Source: an uncultured Acidobacteriota bacterium (GTDB taxonomy: Bacteria; Acidobacteriota; Thermoanaerobaculia; UBA5066; DATFVB01). Taken from it: a stretch of DNA of 64,000 bases. Under the pieces are notes generated by a model. The model had not been told where the DNA came from. It saw nothing but the letters and a program-made list of their open reading frames with translations, and searched no databases. A program made the position numbers and the translations under genes. Location of the stretch: NCBI GenBank assembly GCA_963813155.1, contig CAWEYG010000001.1, forward strand, positions 860,347 to 924,346, read 5' to 3'. Positions 31,385 through 41,853 of this stretch are shown here, in pieces; the first letter of the stretch is position 1; each line of letters opens with the position of its first letter.

Positions 31385-32638
31385 ATGAAGACGACGCGCC
31401 GCCAGTTCATGAAAACTACGGGAGCCGTGGCCGTCGGCGCGACGCTCGCGCCGGCGCTGGCCGGCGGAGAAGCCCCGGCCGTCGCGACCGGCGACGTTTA
31501 CGACGTCGCCATCGTCGGATCCGGCGTGTTCGGCGCGTGGATCGCCTACTCGCTGCGTCAAAAGGGACGCCGTGTCGCGCTGCTCGACGCGTACGGTCCC
31601 GCGACGGCGCGCGCAAGCTCCGGCGGCCAGACGCGCGTCATCCGCATGGGGTACGGCGACAAGGAGGTCTACACGCGCTGGTCGATGCATTCCCTGGATC
31701 TCTGGAAAGCCGTCTTCGAAAAGATCGGCCAGCCCGAGCTGTTTCAAAAGGCCGGCGTGCTGTGGATGGCGCGCGGAGAGGACCCCCTGACGACGACGAC
31801 GCTCGCGACCCTGAAGAAGGTCGGCACCGTGCATGAAAGGGTCGACCGCGCGGAGCTCGAGCGCCGCTGGCCGCAGATCGACTTCGGCCCGGTGACCTGG
31901 GCGATCCACGAGCCCGACAGCGGCTTCCTTCTCGCCTTTCGCGCCGTGGAGGCGCTCGTCGACGCGGCCCGGTCGGCGGGAGTCGAATACTTGCAGGAGG
32001 CCGTCGTCCCGCCGGAGGGGAAGGGTCGGCTCGCCTCGGTCGCGACGCGCTCGGGCAGGAAGATCTCGGCCGGCACGTTCGTGTTCGCGTGCGGCCCGTG
32101 GCTGCCGAAGGTTTTTCCCGACCTGCTCGGCGAGAGGATCTTTCCGACCCGCCAGGAAGTGTTCTACTTCGGGCCGGCTTCCGGCGACGCGCGCTTCCGA
32201 CCCCCTCAGATGCCTGTGTGGGTCGATTTCTCGGAAGAAATCTACGGCCTTCCCGATCACGAGGGGCGCGGTTTCAAAGCGTCGCTCGACCGCCACGGCC
32301 CCCCGATCGATCCCGACACGGGCACGCGGATCGTCACGCCCGAGACCCTGGCCGAGGTCCGGAATTTCGTCGGGCGCCGCTTTCCCGGCCTCAAAGACGC
32401 CCCGATCGTGGGAAGCGAAGTGTGCCAGTACGAAAACACGTCCAACGGCGATTTCCTCATCGACCGCCATCCCGAGCGGGACAACGTCTGGCTCGTCGGG
32501 GGCGGCTCGGGCCACGGCTACAAGCACGGCCCCGCGATGGGCGAGTACGTCACGGCTCGCCTGCTGGAGGGCGGCGCCGTGGAGCCGCGGTTCAGCCTCG
32601 CGACGAAGGAAAAAGTCCAGAAACGCGCGGTTTACTAG
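31385..32638 (+). CDS. Tat-exported FAD-dependent oxidoreductase, monomeric sarcosine oxidase (SolA/MSOX) family
   Basis: TRRQFMK Tat motif; VGSGVFG Rossmann; [10 protein letters not shown]; flavinylation Cys in VCQYENT; GHGYKHGP. Confidence 0.88.
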   Translation: MKTTRRQFMKTTGAVAVGATLAPALAGGEAPAVATGDVYDVAIVGSGVFGAWIAYSLRQKGRRVALLDAYGPATARASSGGQTRVIRMGYGDKEVYTRWSMHSLDLWKAVFEKIGQPELFQKAGVLWMARGEDPLTTTTLATLKKVGTVHERVDRAELERRWPQIDFGPVTWAIHEPDSGFLLAFRAVEALVDAARSAGVEYLQEAVVPPEGKGRLASVATRSGRKISAGTFVFACGPWLPKVFPDLLGERIFPTRQEVFYFGPASGDARFRPPQMPVWVDFSEEIYGLPDHEGRGFKASLDRHGPPIDPDTGTRIVTPETLAEVRNFVGRRFPGLKDAPIVGSEVCQYENTSNGDFLIDRHPERDNVWLVGGGSGHGYKHGPAMGEYVTARLLEGGAVEPRFSLATKEKVQKRAVY

Positions 32639-32672
32639 GATCCGGCCCCCGGGGTGGAGGCCTGAAACTCGC

Positions 32673-32709
32673 TTGACACCCACGATTACATATCTATAAT
32701 TGTCGATGT
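32673..32709 (+). promoter_or_regulatory. Consensus sigma70 promoter with overlapping ArsR operator
   Basis: TTGACA (32673-78)-16 nt-TATAAT (32695-700); ATCTA-N6-TCGAT resembles the ArsR/SmtB ATCAA-N6-TTGAT box. Confidence 0.8.
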
Positions 32710-33015
32710 ATGGATGAATCGAAAGTCGCCGAAGCCTTCAAGGCACTCGCGGATCCGACCCGGGTGAAGATCCTGTCGCTGCTGAAGGCGAGGGGTCGCT
32801 CGTGCTGCGAGCTGATCACGCGAGGCGAGCCCGGTCTCTGCGCCTGCGACATCGAGGAAGCCGTCAAGCTCTCCCAGGCCGCCGTCTCGCACCACATGGG
32901 ATTGCTGCGCCGGGCGGGCTGGTCGAAGCGGAGAAGCGGGGCCGGTGGGTCTACTACCGGCGAAACGAGGCGGCGATCGCCCGCCTCGCGGACGTGGTTG
33001 CCAAAGGCCGTCTGA
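32710..33015 (+). CDS. arsR: ArsR/SmtB repressor (two compensating indels near 32915 and 33005)
   Basis: FKALADPTRVKIL..CC..LCACDI..LSQAAVSHHM..LRRAG; LVEAEKRGRWVYYR in the shifted frame. Confidence 0.88.
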   Translation: MDESKVAEAFKALADPTRVKILSLLKARGRSCCELITRGEPGLCACDIEEAVKLSQAAVSHHMGLLRRAGWSKRRSGAGGSTTGETRRRSPASRTWLPKAV

Positions 33016-33075
33016 AGGGTTTTTTTGGGATGAGAGTTCTATTGTTTTCGATGTATAGATAGAAGGAGGTTCCCC

Positions 33076-33522
33076 ATGTCGTCCGTGCACATCTCGTTGA
33101 ACGTCTCGAACCTGGACCGGTCGGTCGATTTCTACAGCCGCCTCTTCGGCGAGCCGGCGAAGCGGAAGACCGACTACGCGAAGTTCGTGACCGAAGACCC
33201 GGCCATTCACCTCGCGATGCAGCCGGCCCCGGCCCCGCCCGTTCCCGCGGGCTCGCTTTCTCACCTCGGAATCCGCGTCGAGACCGACGCGGAAGTCCGC
33301 CGCTGGCGCGACCGCGTGCAGACGAGCGGCCTCTCGTACGAGGACGAAATCAACACCACCTGCTGCTATGCGCGCCAGGACAAATTCTGGGTGACCGACC
33401 CCGATGGAAACCGCTGGGAGGTGTACAACGTCCTCGAAGACGTGGACTCCCTTCCGGTCGCCGGCGGCAAGTCGGCCTGCTGCTCGCCGACGACGGCGTC
33501 CGGCGAGACCCCCGCGCGATGA
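33076..33522 (+). CDS. arsI: ArsI/CadI-family VOC metalloenzyme (C-As lyase-like)
   Basis: [19 protein letters not shown]; HLGI; [24 protein letters not shown]. Confidence 0.88.
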   Translation: MSSVHISLNVSNLDRSVDFYSRLFGEPAKRKTDYAKFVTEDPAIHLAMQPAPAPPVPAGSLSHLGIRVETDAEVRRWRDRVQTSGLSYEDEINTTCCYARQDKFWVTDPDGNRWEVYNVLEDVDSLPVAGGKSACCSPTTASGETPAR

Positions 33523-33953
33523 TGCCCGAGCCGGCGCGGGTCCTTTTTCTCTGCACGGGGAACTCGGCCCGCTCACAGATGGCGGAGGCGATCCTGCGCC
33601 ATCTCTCGAAGGGATCCGTCGCGGTCGAGAGCGCCGGGAGCGATCCCCGCGCTCAGATCCATCCGGGGGCCCGGGAAGCCGTGCGCAGGATGTTCGGTCT
33701 CGAGATGACCGGCCAGCGCCCGAAGTCGATGAACGACTTTCTGTCGCAGAAGTTCGACTTCGTGATCACCGTCTGCGATCGCGCGGCGGAGGCGTGCCCG
33801 AATTTCCCCGGAGCGCCCGAAGTGATCCGATGGAGCCTGCCCGATCCCGCCGAGGCGGCCGGGACCGAGGAAGAGAAACGTCGGGCGTTCGAGAACAGCG
33901 CGAGAGACCTCCTTCAGCGCATCCGGCTCTGGCTCGCGATGCATCGCCCATGA
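33519..33953 (+). CDS. arsC: Arsenate reductase, thioredoxin-type (LMW-PTP fold)
   Basis: [16 protein letters not shown]; [12 protein letters not shown]; W.LPDP. Confidence 0.9.
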   Translation: MMPEPARVLFLCTGNSARSQMAEAILRHLSKGSVAVESAGSDPRAQIHPGAREAVRRMFGLEMTGQRPKSMNDFLSQKFDFVITVCDRAAEACPNFPGAPEVIRWSLPDPAEAAGTEEEKRRAFENSARDLLQRIRLWLAMHRP

Positions 33954-34993
33954 CGGCTCTCCCGCGGCTTTCCTTCGTCAACCGCTTTCTGACCCTCTGG
34001 ATTTTCCTGGCCATGGGACTGGGCGTCCTGCTCGGCTACGCGATCCCCGGCCTTCCCCGCGCCCTCAACGCCTGGAACGCCGGCACTACGAGCGTGCCTC
34101 TGGCGATCGGCCTGATCCTGATGATGTATCCGCCCCTCGCTCGGGTGAAATACGAGGAGCTTTATCGGGTCTTCCGCAACAAGCGGGTTCTGGGCCTGTC
34201 CCTCCTGCAGAACTGGATCGTCGGTCCTCTTCTCATGTTCGGACTCGCCGTGCTCTTCCTGCGGGACAAGCCGGAATACATGCTGGGCCTGATTCTCATC
34301 GGGCTGGCCCGCTGCATCGCGATGGTCGTCGTGTGGAACGACCTGGCGGGGGGAGACCCCGAGTATTGCGCGGGCCTGGTCGCCTTCAACGCGATCTTTC
34401 AGGTGCTTTTCTTCAGCGCTTACGCGTGGTTCTTCGCGACCGTGCTTCCCGCTCGCCTGGGACTCCCGGGCGCGGTCGTGAACGTCACGATCGGCCAGAT
34501 CGCCCGGAGCGTCTTCCTCTATCTGGGCATCCCTTTCCTCGCCGGATTCCTGACGCGCCTCGTCCTCGGCAAGATCAAGGGGCTGGAGTGGTACCACCGG
34601 GTCTTCGTGCCCGCGATCGCTCCGCTCACGCTCCTCGCGCTGCTGTTCACGATCGTCGTCCTGTTCAGCCTGAAGGGCGAGGCGATCGTGAAGCTCCCGC
34701 TCGACGTCCTGCGCATCGCGATTCCGCTGTTGATCTATTTCGCGCTGATGTTCGCGCTGAGCTTCTGGATGAGCCGGAGGGCCGGCGCGACGTACCCGCA
34801 GACGGCGACGCTTTCTTTCACGGCGGCCTCCAACAACTTCGAGCTGGCCATCGCCGTCGCGGTCGCCACGTTCGGGATCGGCTCGGGCGAAGCGTTCGCC
34901 GCGGTGATCGGTCCCCTCGTCGAGGTGCCCGTCCTCCTCGGGCTCGTCCACGTCTCGGTGCGGCTCGGAAAGCGCTTTTCCGCGATCCGGTAG
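33950..34993 (+). CDS. acr3: ACR3-family arsenite efflux transporter
   Basis: [45 protein letters not shown]; ATGA coupling to arsC. Confidence 0.95.
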   Translation: MTALPRLSFVNRFLTLWIFLAMGLGVLLGYAIPGLPRALNAWNAGTTSVPLAIGLILMMYPPLARVKYEELYRVFRNKRVLGLSLLQNWIVGPLLMFGLAVLFLRDKPEYMLGLILIGLARCIAMVVVWNDLAGGDPEYCAGLVAFNAIFQVLFFSAYAWFFATVLPARLGLPGAVVNVTIGQIARSVFLYLGIPFLAGFLTRLVLGKIKGLEWYHRVFVPAIAPLTLLALLFTIVVLFSLKGEAIVKLPLDVLRIAIPLLIYFALMFALSFWMSRRAGATYPQTATLSFTAASNNFELAIAVAVATFGIGSGEAFAAVIGPLVEVPVLLGLVHVSVRLGKRFSAIR

Positions 34994-35006
34994 ACTTCCC
35001 TCTCTC

Positions 35007-36386
35007 TTGAGATTCTGGCGCATCTACTTTCTGTTCGTCGTGATTCCCGCGCTGGGGGTCGCGGCCGTCCTTCGCTTCCATCCGGGAACTCCGCCGTTCG
35101 CCGCGCCGGCCACCTCCGTCGTCGCGGCCGCGCCGGGCGCGAGAGCCGACCTGCCGAACATCGCGACCCTGCTCGCGCAGATCGGCGTGATCCTCCTCGC
35201 GACGAGGCTCGCGGGTGCGCTGTTTCGGAAGATGGGTCAGCCGCAGGTCGTCGGAGAGATGGCGGCCGGAATCCTTCTCGGGCCGTCGCTTCTCGGATGG
35301 ATCGCGCCGCATTTTGCTTCCGCCCTGTTTCCCGCGCCGAGCCTCGGCTTTCTGAACGCGCTCTCCCAGGTCGGCCTCGTCCTGTACATGTTCCTCGTGG
35401 GGCTGGAGCTCGATCTCGGGTCGCTGAAGGAGCGCGGGCACGTGGCCGTCCTGACGAGCCACGCGAGTATCCTCGCGCCGTTCTTTCTCGGAACGCTGCT
35501 CGCCGTGCGTCTCTATGGCTCCTTCGCGGGACCGGGCGTGGGGTTCGCGCCGTTCGCCCTGTTCCTGGGCGCGGCGATGAGCGTGACGGCCTTCCCCGTT
35601 CTCGCGCGAATCCTCACCGACCGGAACCTGCAGCGGACTTCCCTCGGCAGCCTGTCGCTCACGTGCGCGGCCGTGGACGACGTTTCGGCCTGGTGCATCC
35701 TGGCGGGAGTCGTCGTCGTCGCGAAGGCCGGACATGTGTCCGCACCCTTCTGGGGCACCGTCGCCGGGGCGGCCGCCTTCGTCCTCTTCATGGTCTTCGC
35801 GGCGAGGCCGCTGTTCCGGCGATTCGGAACCGGGTTCGCGCGCCGGAAGACGATTTCGAGGGGCATGCTCGCGCTGCTCTTCGTCTGCGCGCTCGCGGCC
35901 GCCTGGACGTCGGAGAGCATCGGCATCCACGCTCTCTTCGGCGCGTTCCTGGCCGGCGCCGTCATGCCCCGCGAGCCGGGGCTCGCGGAGGCCCTCGCGC
36001 AGAAAGTCGAGGACGTCGCGGTCGTGCTGCTCCTGCCGATCTTCTTCGCTCTCACCGGACTGCGAATGAGCGTCCGCTCGCTCGGCGGCGGCGGCCTCTG
36101 GGTCTCCGCGGGGCTCATCCTGCTGTGCGCGCTCTCGGGCAAGCTCGGCGGCTCGGCCCTGGCGGCCCGCGCTTCGGGTCTCCCCTGGAAAGAAGCCGCC
36201 GCCGTCGGAATCCTGATGAACACGCGCGGCCTGATGGAGCTCGTGATCCTCAACATCGGGCTCGACATCGGGGTGATCTCGCCGCCGCTGTTCACCCTGA
36301 TGGTGCTCATGGCGCTCGCGACGACGTTCATGACGACGCCGCTGCTGTCCCGCCTGTACCCGGGTCGGGCCGCGCCGTCCCGTTGA
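35007..36386 (+). CDS. Cation:proton antiporter (CPA2/KefB-like)
   Basis: GQPQVVGEMAAGILLGPS, TAFPVLARIL, AAVDDV, MNTRGLMELVILNIG. Confidence 0.92.
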   Translation: MRFWRIYFLFVVIPALGVAAVLRFHPGTPPFAAPATSVVAAAPGARADLPNIATLLAQIGVILLATRLAGALFRKMGQPQVVGEMAAGILLGPSLLGWIAPHFASALFPAPSLGFLNALSQVGLVLYMFLVGLELDLGSLKERGHVAVLTSHASILAPFFLGTLLAVRLYGSFAGPGVGFAPFALFLGAAMSVTAFPVLARILTDRNLQRTSLGSLSLTCAAVDDVSAWCILAGVVVVAKAGHVSAPFWGTVAGAAAFVLFMVFAARPLFRRFGTGFARRKTISRGMLALLFVCALAAAWTSESIGIHALFGAFLAGAVMPREPGLAEALAQKVEDVAVVLLLPIFFALTGLRMSVRSLGGGGLWVSAGLILLCALSGKLGGSALAARASGLPWKEAAAVGILMNTRGLMELVILNIGLDIGVISPPLFTLMVLMALATTFMTTPLLSRLYPGRAAPSR

Positions 36387-36445
36387 CTCGCGATCCGCCG
36401 CGACCTACCCTTGCGCAAACACAAACTCGAAAAAAGGAGGTGGCC

Positions 36446-36874
36446 ATGGGGAAGATCAACACGGGCCGTCTGATTCTGGGCGGGATCGTCGCCGGCATCC
36501 TCGTCAACGTTTCGGAGACCATCCTGAACGCCGTCGTGCTCAAGGAAAAATGGGGAGCCGCCATGCAGGCGCTCGGAAAACCGATGACCGCGATGGACCC
36601 GAAGGCCATGGTCGTCTGGATCGTCTGGGGATTCGTCTACGGGTTCCTCTGCGTGTGGCTCTACGCCGCGATTCGCCCCCGCTTCGGCGCGGGCGCGGGC
36701 ACGGCGGCGAAGGCAGGCTTCGTCGCCTGGCTCCTCGCCGGGCTTCTCTCCTCCGTCGGCATGGCGAACATGGGCCTCGTTCCGACGAATCTCCTCGTGA
36801 CCTCGTGCATCTGGACCCTCGTCGAATCGATCCTCGTCACGATCGTGGGAGCGTGGCTGTACAGGGAGGCGTGA
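36446..36874 (+). CDS. Small four-TM membrane protein
   Basis: AAGGAGG RBS; MGKINTGRLILGGIVAG..LYAAIRPRFGAG..GAWLYRE. Confidence 0.8.
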   Translation: MGKINTGRLILGGIVAGILVNVSETILNAVVLKEKWGAAMQALGKPMTAMDPKAMVVWIVWGFVYGFLCVWLYAAIRPRFGAGAGTAAKAGFVAWLLAGLLSSVGMANMGLVPTNLLVTSCIWTLVESILVTIVGAWLYREA

Positions 36875-36905
36875 CGCGCAAAACCGAAGTCGGGAGCGAC
36901 GGGAA

Positions 36906-37286
36906 TCAGGCGCCCGTCAGGAACGTGTACTGGGCCTTCGTGAGCGGCACGACCGAGAGCCGCCCCTGCCGCGCGAGCGGGGACTCCGAAAACAACGGCG
37001 CGGCCTTGACCTCGGCGAGAGACACCGTCGTCGCGAGCTCCTTCCCCGCTTTGATCTTCACGGCCGGGTTGCGCGCGTCGGAATCGTCCACGGACACGAC
37101 GCTCGCCGTTCCCACGGCGCACTTGCGCGCCCCCGTCTCGTAGATCACGAGGCGGTCGCCCGGCTTCATCGAACGCAGGTGCCGCACCGCGACGGGATTC
37201 GAAACTCCCGTCCAGACGGTCGACTGCTCGCGCCGCAGATCTGCGAACGAATACTCGGACGGCTCGGTTTTCAGAAGGTAATCCAT
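36906..37286 (-). CDS. EVE domain protein
   Basis: YLLKTEPSEYSFADL..WTGVSN..MKPGD..RQGRLSVVP. Confidence 0.9.
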   Translation of the reverse strand: MDYLLKTEPSEYSFADLRREQSTVWTGVSNPVAVRHLRSMKPGDRLVIYETGARKCAVGTASVVSVDDSDARNPAVKIKAGKELATTVSLAEVKAAPLFSESPLARQGRLSVVPLTKAQYTFLTGA

Positions 37287-37332
37287 GTCTCTCTCCGGGA
37301 AGCATGATATCTCCGGCAAAGAGAAACGCCGG

Positions 37333-38019
37333 GTGCGAAACGACACGACGAACGCCGGCCTGGCCCGGCTCATCGACCACACCGCGCTGAAACCGGAGAC
37401 GACGCGGCGCGACGTCGAGAATCTGTGCCGCGAGGCGCGGGAATTCGGTTTCGCGACGGCGTGCGTCGCGCCGATCTGGGTTTCGCTCGCCGCCGACTGG
37501 CTGCGGGGGAGCTCCTCGCGAGTCTGCACGGTCGTCGGTTTCCCGCACGGCGGAACGCTTCCCTCGGCGAAGGTGTTCGAGAGCCGGGCGGCGCTCGACG
37601 CGGGAGCGAAAGAGCTCGACCTGGTCGTCTCCCCGGGCCATCTGAAGTCGGGCGATCTCGACGCCGTGCGGCGGGACATCGCCGGCGTCGTCGAGGCGGC
37701 GCGTTCGTTCCCGGGTGCGCTCGTGAAGGTGATCCTCGAAACGTGCCTGCTCACCCGCGAGGAGAAAATCGCCGCTTGCCGCCTCGCGGAAGAAGCGGGA
37801 GCCGACTTCGTCAAGACGTCCACCGGATTTGGCCCGGGAGGCGCGACGGTCGAGGACGTAACGCTCCTTTCCGAAACGGTCGGAAGCCGCCTCGGCGTCA
37901 AGGCCGCGGGAGGAATTCGCTCGCTCGACTTCGCGCTCGCGCTCGTCGAAGCCGGGGCAACGCGTCTCGGCTGTTCGACTTCCGTGGATCTGATCGAGGA
38001 GCTTCGTCGGAGGGGGTAG
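37333..38019 (+). CDS. deoC: Deoxyribose-phosphate aldolase
   Basis: IDHTALKP, CTVVGFPHG, KVILET, DFVKTSTGF, VKAAGGIR, GATRLG. Confidence 0.95.
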   Translation: MRNDTTNAGLARLIDHTALKPETTRRDVENLCREAREFGFATACVAPIWVSLAADWLRGSSSRVCTVVGFPHGGTLPSAKVFESRAALDAGAKELDLVVSPGHLKSGDLDAVRRDIAGVVEAARSFPGALVKVILETCLLTREEKIAACRLAEEAGADFVKTSTGFGPGGATVEDVTLLSETVGSRLGVKAAGGIRSLDFALALVEAGATRLGCSTSVDLIEELRRRG

Positions 38020-38033
38020 AATAAGAGCAGGCG

Positions 38034-38693
38034 GTGACCGCGATGTCCGGATTTCCTCGCTCTTCCCGGGTCGTTCCTCTCGCTCTGATCGCAATCGGGC
38101 TCTCCTTTGCGGCGCGCGCCGACACCGAGACGCACCGCCGCGTGACGATCAAGGGCACCGGCAGCGACATCTCGGTCGAGCGAACGGAAACCCTCACGAC
38201 CCCAGACAAAAAGCCGGAGCTCTCGCGCGCCGCCTCGACGTCGCCCGTACTGTCCGAGGCGATCCGGATGAAGCAATCGGGTCGGACGGACGAAGCCGTT
38301 CTCGCTTACCTGCGATCGCATGCGCCGCAGCTCCCGGTCGTGATCGACCTCGACACCGCGACCAGCCTTCGACGCGCCGGCGCCGGCAAGCCCGTGCTCG
38401 CCTACCTCGCGTCCGTCGCGGCGATCGAGATCGGCGACTCGGGGGCGCCCTGGGGCCCGCCGGTCGCCGAGACTTCGGCGCCGCCCGAGTACGAACCGGG
38501 GCCCGCCGCCGAATACGGATACCCGGTCGTCGGAGGCTACTCGGCCCCGGGCGGACCCGGTCGTTTCGGTTCGCATTCTTTTCACCGGCCGATGGGCGAG
38601 CATCGCGTTCCGATGGGGATGCGGCCGGCCCCGGCGCGCGCGCTTCCTGCTCCCGTCCCGCAGGAGAGACACGTCGTTTTCGGCAGCCGCTGA
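38034..38693 (+). CDS. Exported hypothetical protein with Pro/Gly-rich tail
   Basis: Signal-like segment; duplicated helix motif (MKQSG..AVLAYL / LRRAG..PVLAYL). Confidence 0.6.
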   Translation: MTAMSGFPRSSRVVPLALIAIGLSFAARADTETHRRVTIKGTGSDISVERTETLTTPDKKPELSRAASTSPVLSEAIRMKQSGRTDEAVLAYLRSHAPQLPVVIDLDTATSLRRAGAGKPVLAYLASVAAIEIGDSGAPWGPPVAETSAPPEYEPGPAAEYGYPVVGGYSAPGGPGRFGSHSFHRPMGEHRVPMGMRPAPARALPAPVPQERHVVFGSR

Positions 38694-38714
38694 GCGAAGC
38701 GCCGATTTTCGGCG

Positions 38715-40247
38715 CTAGTTCCAGTGGTGGGAATGCGACCAGATCTTTCGCAGGTCGAACTTCACGCCGCGGCAGAGATGAATCGGCACGTTTTCTTCGG
38801 CCATGCCGAACCGCTCCTCGTGCGGGAAGGCCTGCCAGGTCGTGCAGTTGTCGTCCACGTCCTCGCGACTCCACTGCAGGACGATCAGGTTTCGATAGTC
38901 CTCCGCGGGAGGCCCCCAGTACCAGTGGTTTTGATGCCGCGAATACGCGCGCGGCAGGCCGTACGCGGGTCCGAACAGATTGACCGCGCCCGCCTCGCCG
39001 TAGTTGCCGCAGAAGATCCCGGTCACGACCCGCTCCGCCGGCGGCAGTGAACCGTAGATGCCGGAGACCTCGCGAACCATCTCCGGCCAACCGAACTGGT
39101 CCCCCATCGGCTGCGGCAGAAGCCCTTCGTGGCGCACTTCGGCCTTGGCGGGCTTGAAACCGATCGCGTCCTCGTAAGCGAGAAACCGCTCGGGCGAGAG
39201 CATCCACGTCGCGAGAGGAAACGCCGGAAGCGTCGCCAGCAGGACGATGGCGACGACCGCGAACCTCGTCCAACCGGCCCGGCTTGCAAGCCACTTCTCG
39301 ATCGCCGCCGCGCCGCCGGCGAAAAGCATGGGGTAGATCGCGAAGAGGTAGTAATTCTTTGCGTGCGCGGCCTCCATGACTCCGAAGAAGATCAGGAACG
39401 TCAACCCGAGCGGCCGCCAGCGGTCGCTCCGGAGAAACGCGACGAGTCCCGCGAGCCACACCGGGAAAAGAATCGGGTGCAGGTCGATGACCTGTTCCTG
39501 GACGAAGGCCAGCGGCGAGAGGACGACGTTCTTCCCCTCGCGCCGCACGTTGGCCAGGTCCTCGAGCGTCGGAAAATGATGAAGGATCTGCCAGATCACG
39601 TTCGGGGCGAACAGCAGGGCGGCGATCCCTCCGCCGATCCAGATCCCCGGCTTCGCGAATTCCCGCCGATGCCGGGTGAGAAGCAGAGCGCCGGCGACCG
39701 AGACGCCGAAGAAAAGAGTGGAGTGCTTGTTCTCGAGCCCGAGGCCGCAGAGGACGCCGAACCCCACCCAGAGGCGAGAGTCGCCGGTCCTCAGAATTCG
39801 GGCGAGAACGAGAATCGCGCCCATCCAGAAAAGCGGCTCGAAAGCGTTCATCGTCATCAGGCTGTCCTCGAGCAGAAACGCGGGGCAGACCGTCGCGGCG
39901 AGACCGGCGAAAAACTGAGCGAACTTGCCCCCTCCCAGCTCGCGCGCGATCAGAACGGTGATCGCGACGAGCGCCGCGCCCGCGAGGGCCGGGAGGATTC
40001 GAAGAGCCGCGAGCGAACCGCCCAGCAGCAGCGCGACCTTCGCGTACAGGGCGATCAGCGGCGCGGAATCCACGTATCCCCACGCGAGATGGCGGCCCAT
40101 GTCGAGAAAATAGAGCTCGTCGCGAAAATACCCGTAACGCCGGATGCTCGTGAAGAGGTGGATCAGGAGCTTCGCGGCGCAGAGGCCGATCAAGACCGCC
40201 GGCGAGACCCGGGACGGCGCAGCGACGGCCGCGGTTTCGCCCTTCAC
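38715..40247 (-). CDS. ArnT/GT39-like (GT-C) membrane glycosyltransferase
   Basis: YGYFRDELYF..LAWGYVD..PL; multiple TM helices; GLENK; NYGEAGAV; start inferred at GTG 40247. Confidence 0.85.
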   Translation of the reverse strand: MKGETAAVAAPSRVSPAVLIGLCAAKLLIHLFTSIRRYGYFRDELYFLDMGRHLAWGYVDSAPLIALYAKVALLLGGSLAALRILPALAGAALVAITVLIARELGGGKFAQFFAGLAATVCPAFLLEDSLMTMNAFEPLFWMGAILVLARILRTGDSRLWVGFGVLCGLGLENKHSTLFFGVSVAGALLLTRHRREFAKPGIWIGGGIAALLFAPNVIWQILHHFPTLEDLANVRREGKNVVLSPLAFVQEQVIDLHPILFPVWLAGLVAFLRSDRWRPLGLTFLIFFGVMEAAHAKNYYLFAIYPMLFAGGAAAIEKWLASRAGWTRFAVVAIVLLATLPAFPLATWMLSPERFLAYEDAIGFKPAKAEVRHEGLLPQPMGDQFGWPEMVREVSGIYGSLPPAERVVTGIFCGNYGEAGAVNLFGPAYGLPRAYSRHQNHWYWGPPAEDYRNLIVLQWSREDVDDNCTTWQAFPHEERFGMAEENVPIHLCRGVKFDLRKIWSHSHHWN

Positions 40248-40354
40248 GCCGGGCCGATCCGGCCGCCCGTCCTCCGGCTCCACCAGCCGCGAAGCACCCG
40301 GAAGGCGAGCAGAACGAGGAACATCGCGACGAGGACGAGGACGACGGGAAGCAT
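40244..40354 (-). CDS. 36-aa single-TM small protein
   Basis: GGGAGAG RBS; MLPVVLVLVAMFLVLLAFRVLRGWWSRR..; stop overlaps the GT start (GTGA). Confidence 0.5.
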   Translation of the reverse strand: MLPVVLVLVAMFLVLLAFRVLRGWWSRRTGGRIGPA

Positions 40355-40442
40355 GCGGGCACTCTCTCCCGAAACGCCTCGCGCCGCAACACCCGATCGC
40401 GCCGGAAATACAATCGTGACCGTCGAAGGGAGCGCTCTGCCG

Positions 40443-41339
40443 ATGAACGTCGCGCTCGCGGGATGCGGACGCTGGGGCCAAAGAATCCTGATCACGCTGG
40501 TCGCCCAGGGAGACCGAGTGTGGGTCGTCGAGCCGTCGGCGGACGCGCGGCGCGAAGCGCTGACGCAGGGAGCCGCCGCGGCGGAAGACGACGTCTCGCG
40601 AGTAGGGCCCGTCGAGGCCGCGATCGTCGCCGTCCCGACGCGCCGCCATGCGGACGTGATCGAAAGCCTCGCGCCGCGCGGCGTGCCGATGTTCTGCGAG
40701 AAACCGCTGACCGACGACGCGGCTTCGGCCGAGAGGCTCGCGGACGCGCACGAACGGCTCTTCGTGATGGACAAATGGCGCTATCACCCCGCGGTCGAGG
40801 AGCTCGCGCGGATCGCTCGAACCCGGGAGCTCGGAGAGCCGCGGGCGCTCCGCACGGCGAGGGTCCAGCCGGAAGTCACGGGCCACGACGTGGATGCGGT
40901 GTGGATCCTCGCGCCGCATGAAATCTCGATCGCCCGAGAAATCCTGGGAGCGATTCCGCGAGCAGTCCGAGCGGAGGGCTCGAGCTCCGGATCGGACGCC
41001 TATTCGCTCTCGGCCGTGTGCGAGTGCGGCGGCGTGCCGTTCACGTTCGAGGCTTCCGCGCGCGCGCCCCGCCGGCGCCGCGAGGTCGAGCTCGTGTGCG
41101 AGAAAGGCGCCGCCCGCTGGACGCTCGACCGGGAGCACGAGATCGAGATTTCGGGGGCGGGAAGGCGGCCCGTCTCTCCGGAGCCGCCACTCGATCGCGA
41201 GCTGCGGGCGTTCCGGGACTACGTCCGGGGCGGAGAGCCGCCGAAGAGCTCGGCGCGCGAGGGCGCTGCCGTCGTGGCGCTGATCGAAGAGCTGCGCGCT
41301 CTCGCCGGGATCAGACCGAGCGGGCGACGATCTCCCTGA
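40443..41339 (+). CDS. Gfo/Idh/MocA-family oxidoreductase
   Basis: VALAGCGRWG; VAVPTRRH; FCEKPL; LAPHEI. Confidence 0.88.
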   Translation: MNVALAGCGRWGQRILITLVAQGDRVWVVEPSADARREALTQGAAAAEDDVSRVGPVEAAIVAVPTRRHADVIESLAPRGVPMFCEKPLTDDAASAERLADAHERLFVMDKWRYHPAVEELARIARTRELGEPRALRTARVQPEVTGHDVDAVWILAPHEISIAREILGAIPRAVRAEGSSSGSDAYSLSAVCECGGVPFTFEASARAPRRRREVELVCEKGAARWTLDREHEIEISGAGRRPVSPEPPLDRELRAFRDYVRGGEPPKSSAREGAAVVALIEELRALAGIRPSGRRSP

Positions 41340-41853
41340 CCTCGGAGATCGGCCGGCCGTTCGCGTCCCCAGGAGAGACGACCGCCGAGGAAAACGGCCA
41401 CGGAATTCCAAGCTCGGGATCATCCCAGCGACAGGCGAGCTCGTCGGACGGCTCGTGGTACCTCGTGACGCCCAGGACGCAGAGGGCGGACTCGGGCGAG
41501 TAGAGCCCGTGGGCCACGCCCGCCGGAATGGTCAGAGCGGAGAGCTCGCGGCTTCCGAGCTCGACAAGGGAGACTCGCCCCTCCGTGGAGGAGCCGCGGC
41601 GCAGATCGTGAAGGCCGATCAGCATCGCGCCTTCCAGAAGCACGAGGTAATCCTCGTGATGGAGGTGGACGCGCACGCCGCGCATGACTCCTGCCCGCGA
41701 CCGGATGACGTTCCACTGGATGGCCGGGTCCTTCGTCGCCCACTCCGCGCGATAGATCTCGCAGAAGATCCCCCGCTCGTCGGGCTGAGCCGGCAGAGGG
41801 ATACGGCGGACCCCGGCGGGAAGATCGGAACTCGGGGCAGGCGCGGTGCTCAT
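41311..41853 (-). CDS. RmlC-like cupin (dTDP-4-dehydrorhamnose 3,5-epimerase family)
   Basis: DERGIFCE, DLRRGSST, IPAGVAHG, RWDDPELGIPWP; ATGA overlap with the kinase stop. Confidence 0.82.
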   Translation of the reverse strand: MSTAPAPSSDLPAGVRRIPLPAQPDERGIFCEIYRAEWATKDPAIQWNVIRSRAGVMRGVRVHLHHEDYLVLLEGAMLIGLHDLRRGSSTEGRVSLVELGSRELSALTIPAGVAHGLYSPESALCVLGVTRYHEPSDELACRWDDPELGIPWPFSSAVVSPGDANGRPISEVREIVARSV

